The translations under genes and the position numbers were made by a program. The notes under the pieces were generated by a model, which did not search any database, was not told the origin of the DNA, and saw only the letters and a program-made list of their open reading frames with translations. 64,000 nucleotides of DNA, taken from the NCBI GenBank assembly GCA_905178155.1, contig CAJINV010000001.1:3401675-3465674 (forward strand), given 5' to 3'. Shown in pieces: positions 60,571 through 64,000 of this stretch; position 1 is the stretch's first letter; each line of letters begins with the position of its first letter. This DNA comes from Amoebophrya sp. A120 (Eukaryota; Protista; Dinoflagellata).

Positions 60571-61027
60571 GTCCGCGTCTCGTGATATTGTCGTTGTCCA
60601 CAGGATAAAGAGTTGGTTTTTTCATGGTTATGTAGTTTTGCTTTCGTATTCCATATGATGATGGGTCTGAAACTGTGAACTCTAGAGGCACATTGCCAGC
60701 GGAATTAGTGACCTTTCCAGAGCAGGACAAACGATGTGGTTGTGACCGAATATTTTTGCGCTGCGTCGAGGAAACACGGCCAGAGAAACGGCCATCCGAA
60801 GTCGGAGCCACTTTTGCGCTGGTGAACAAAGGTCGCGCCATTGGTGTCGGTTGTGTTTTCCACTCTTTTTTTTTCTTCCGGTCACTTTTTTTTCGCCACG
60901 CCGCGTGTTGCATTTCTTTCTGTTATTCTCGATTTTGGAAACTTCATCGTACGTGCGCTAGTGTTTTTTGTCTTTCTGATGTTGATGACCAAGCGTGGTT
61001 TCACTCTTGTATAGATATGTAGAAAGC

Positions 61028-62777
61028 ATGGCCCTGCCCGCAACCTCCACCGATAGCACGCGGCCGCACCGCGGCGGTCCGCACTCCACCTCCATCGCTC
61101 CGACCCAAGCCTGTATCGCACTTCGCACCCAACAGGTGCTCCATGCCCGTGCACAGAAGCGACTGGCGAACGAAAAACCGAAGGTGGACAACACGAAGGC
61201 GAAGATGTACATTCCCCTGAAGCGGCACAACTTCAACCTACACAAAAAGCAAGTTCTTTCCGCCCGGGCGAAAACGCTCCTGGAGGATAAAGCGCATGAA
61301 AACCTGTACTCTCTGCGGGGAAGCACGCCCCGAACAAGACTGGCGCATAACGTGGAAAAACAGAAGACCGCTGAGCATTTTTGGAAGCTCCTCAACGGAG
61401 AAGACGAGGAGGAAGAGGATAGTGCTAACACCGGAGAACATCATGATGAAATTGCGGGAATATCAAAGGAGCCTCTGCTGCACGAAGAGAAATTACCACC
61501 AAACAGCGGAGCAGGCGACACAGTAACAACGACCCCGAGAACCCCACCCTCCTCTTCCACCACTGCAACCCCGAGAAAAGTAGAGCAATTATTTTCGCAT
61601 TTTGACGTCGACGAGAGCAGTCGCAAGACCATGCTGCAGGTGCGTGAAAAAGTGCAGCAGATCCGGAAGGACGCGGCGACGGTGCGGGAGTCTGCGTTTG
61701 CTGAGCAGTATCCAAGAAAAAAACTGTATTACTGTAACTTTGTAGGAAGATCAGCATCACAAATTCGTTTTCTTTGCATTACAGGAAAAACCTGTCATGC
61801 GCAGCTAGTACGTGAAGACACGTATGAAGCATGGATATGACGCACGTTCAGCATGACAAGCGTGACTGTTTTGCATTTTTGAATCACAGACTTACACTTA
61901 CGCACTTTTTTTCTGGCATAAGCAGTTTTTACTGAAACCGGAGTACGACGTGGAGCCGCCGCGGTCGCCGGGCAGTCCTTTCTCACCCGGCCGGTTGTTC
62001 AAAACAAAGTTGGAGAATCCAGCATACTGGCCGGGCGAAGTGCTCGCGAAGGCCGAGCGGGACGAGGGGGTGGAAGGAGAGCAGGAGGAGATTTACAACT
62101 CCGAGCAGAGATTTTATCAACACGCTGGGGGAGCAGGTCATAGTCATACCACTTCTTCTGCAGTAGAAACAAATTTGAACAACTTATCATCAGCGTCGAA
62201 ACTACCCGCCTGGTCCTACCTTACCGCAGTTCATGATCATGCTGATCAAGGGCATCAAGCTGTCGCTCCGCAGCATCAAGAAGACCACCTCCGGAAACAA
62301 GCAGCACAAGAGACCTTGACCTCCGAAGAGGAACAACGGCAACTCCCAGTCGAGCCCTCCTCGGAGCGCACCGACTGCCCAGCTTCCTGGAACACCACCG
62401 GCGGCGGAGGCGGCGTGCCGGTTTCTATCCCTGGCCGGCTGTTGAAGAGCTTTCGAAAAGGGGTGAAGCCCCCGGAGGACCTGACGTATTTTGGCAGGAA
62501 GAAAAAATTCAAAATGCCCTTCCAGTACGAATACCGAACGTGGGAGGAGTACAGCAACCGCTTCGAGGAGCAGGAACAGCGGGAATTCAGGGTGCAGCTT
62601 CCGCCACGGGTGCTGGAAAATCCCAAGTTCGAAACCGGGAAACCGCCGACCCTGCTGGAGCTCCGGGGGCTAGCCGCTCCGAAGCGCCGTGCGGGGGCTT
62701 TGCGCGGGTTCGGGAAAGGAGTAGCGGAAGAGTCGAGGGAGATAAATAAATCCGGCACGGCGAGAAGGAGGCGGTGA
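61028..62777 (+). CDS. Hypothetical protein interrupted by TIR element 61709-61920
   Basis: ORFs 60995..61840 and 61950..62777 join in frame on element removal (AFAEQ|FLLKPEYDVEPPR). Confidence 0.7.
61709..61920. mobile_element. TIR introner-like element, family E (212 bp), degenerate TIR, DR agcag
   Basis: Left tatccaagaaaaaaactgtattactgtaac; right reverse-complements to tatgccagaaaaaaagtgcgtaagtgtaag; internal aaaacctgtcatgcg.ag.tagtacg shared with 9865-10075. Confidence 0.88.
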
Positions 62778-63300
62778 CTTGCTTTATAGATACTGGATGT
62801 AGTAGATCCGGATAATTCGCAGTTTCATGTATGTTTCAGATTTCGATGTTCTAAAAATGTAATTAGCTGTTTTTGATGAGAATGGTCACAATCACATTTA
62901 CAGGCTCTGTTTTCACGTTTTTGTTTCCTCTTTTGTTTCGGATGAATTTGCATTGATGTTGGACGCCACGAACGACCTGTTTCTGATTTTGGACGCCACG
63001 AATGACCACATAATTTGTTGATACGCACAAGTCAACGATGAGCTACAACTTCGAAGATGTTGCCATCAATTTTCTTGTTGTGCTTTTTTTTTCGCGTAAG
63101 TCGTGCGGAGACCTACGTAGTCTGAAGCGTTTTCTTCACTCGGTGTAAAAACTCGCTGTTGTGAGCGAAGAGTGCGGATTGTGCTAGCAAGAGGTAGAAG
63201 TTGTGCCTGGGATTGAGCACAGCTTGTTATCAGTCTACTTTCGCTGCCCTGCAGTCAGATTGCAATTCGAAACCAATTCTGTACGATAAGATTTTCAAAA

Positions 63301-63771
63301 ATGTCGTTACTTGCTCGTCCGCGTCCCGTCGTCGGAAGCAGTTCCTCTTCCTCCTCGTCCAGCAGCAATGCCCATGCCACGCCCAGCTACGCGTTGCACG
63401 CGAAGCAGCAGCGCAAGAAGCTTCTTCTCCAATCCCACTTCAACGCGGAGGATGGCACCCTTGCCGCGTTGGTGGAGAACAAAAACGCGCCGGTTTGTCC
63501 CATGTGCAAGGAAACGCTCCTACCGCGGAACGCGAAGCGACTCCCCTGCGGCTGCGGCTTCCACTTTGACTGCATCGACCCCTATCTGCGGCGGGAACTG
63601 CAGCGAAGCGCCAACGTACAGCCCGTGTGTCCCACGTGCAGGAAACCCGCGGTGGAAACCGTGTCGTCGATTATCGCCAAGAGAAAGCAGAAACTGTTAG
63701 ACGACCCAGGGAGCAAGCAGCAACGTATAGATAGCATACTGAACGAGGCAATGGCAGAAGTGAAGACCTGA
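63301..63771 (+). CDS. RING-finger protein (C4HC3-like ligand pattern)
   Basis: CPMC...LPCGCGFHFDCI...CPTCR. Confidence 0.8.
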   Translation: MSLLARPRPVVGSSSSSSSSSSNAHATPSYALHAKQQRKKLLLQSHFNAEDGTLAALVENKNAPVCPMCKETLLPRNAKRLPCGCGFHFDCIDPYLRRELQRSANVQPVCPTCRKPAVETVSSIIAKRKQKLLDDPGSKQQRIDSILNEAMAEVKT

Positions 63772-64000
63772 TTAGCCTGCTTCTGGATCCTTTGATAAAG
63801 TCATGTTCAGAAAGTAAGTAGGGGAAATCCCGTTTTTTAGCGGTGTCATTCGCTTCCGAAAAAAACAGCCATGTGTGTGTCGACACCTCGCGGAAGACTT
63901 TCGCACAACTTGCGCAAATATGGCCGCGGGGAGGACTATTATCAGGAGGTCGCCGACCTCTGGGGCGAAGACCAACACGAGGCAATTTCCGAGCTGCGAC

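Overview
Eukaryotic, gene-dense, intron-containing genomic DNA from an alveolate protist. Gene content, class I fumarase, low-complexity-rich proteins and intron style fit the parasitic dinoflagellate Amoebophrya (Syndiniales); this taxon call is an inference. About 25 protein-coding genes can be reconstructed, including an RluA-type pseudouridine synthase, ChrR-like cupin, ADAT3, PIG-A, mitochondrial carrier, FKBP, nucleotide-sugar transporter, CLC channel, PRPP synthetase, GRF-ZF/SMARCAL1 helicase, class I fumarate hydratase with a C-terminal EF-hand pair, a tandem PARP-like ADP-ribosyltransferase locus and a RING protein. The dominant signal is 14 short (139-321 bp) non-autonomous elements in six sequence families. 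All lie inside coding exons, have ~30-40 bp terminal inverted repeats starting TAT/TAC/TGT, and are flanked by 5-bp direct repeats. Removing the element plus one direct repeat restores each host reading frame, several times exactly within a conserved motif, yet no register gives GT-AG. Non-canonical 'introner' introns of this kind have been reported for Amoebophrya. This window adds that removal appears orientation-independent and that all six families share a terminal signature and an internal TGT[ACG]ATGC motif often phased at 31-33 bp. Separate oddities: a 38-44 bp splice-acceptor/exon junction present three times around two unrelated ~0.9 kb structured inserts, a minisatellite-filled intron, and an intergenic block of A-tract clusters spaced ~155-165 bp apart. 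All coordinates were read by eye; gene models need RNA-seq confirmation.
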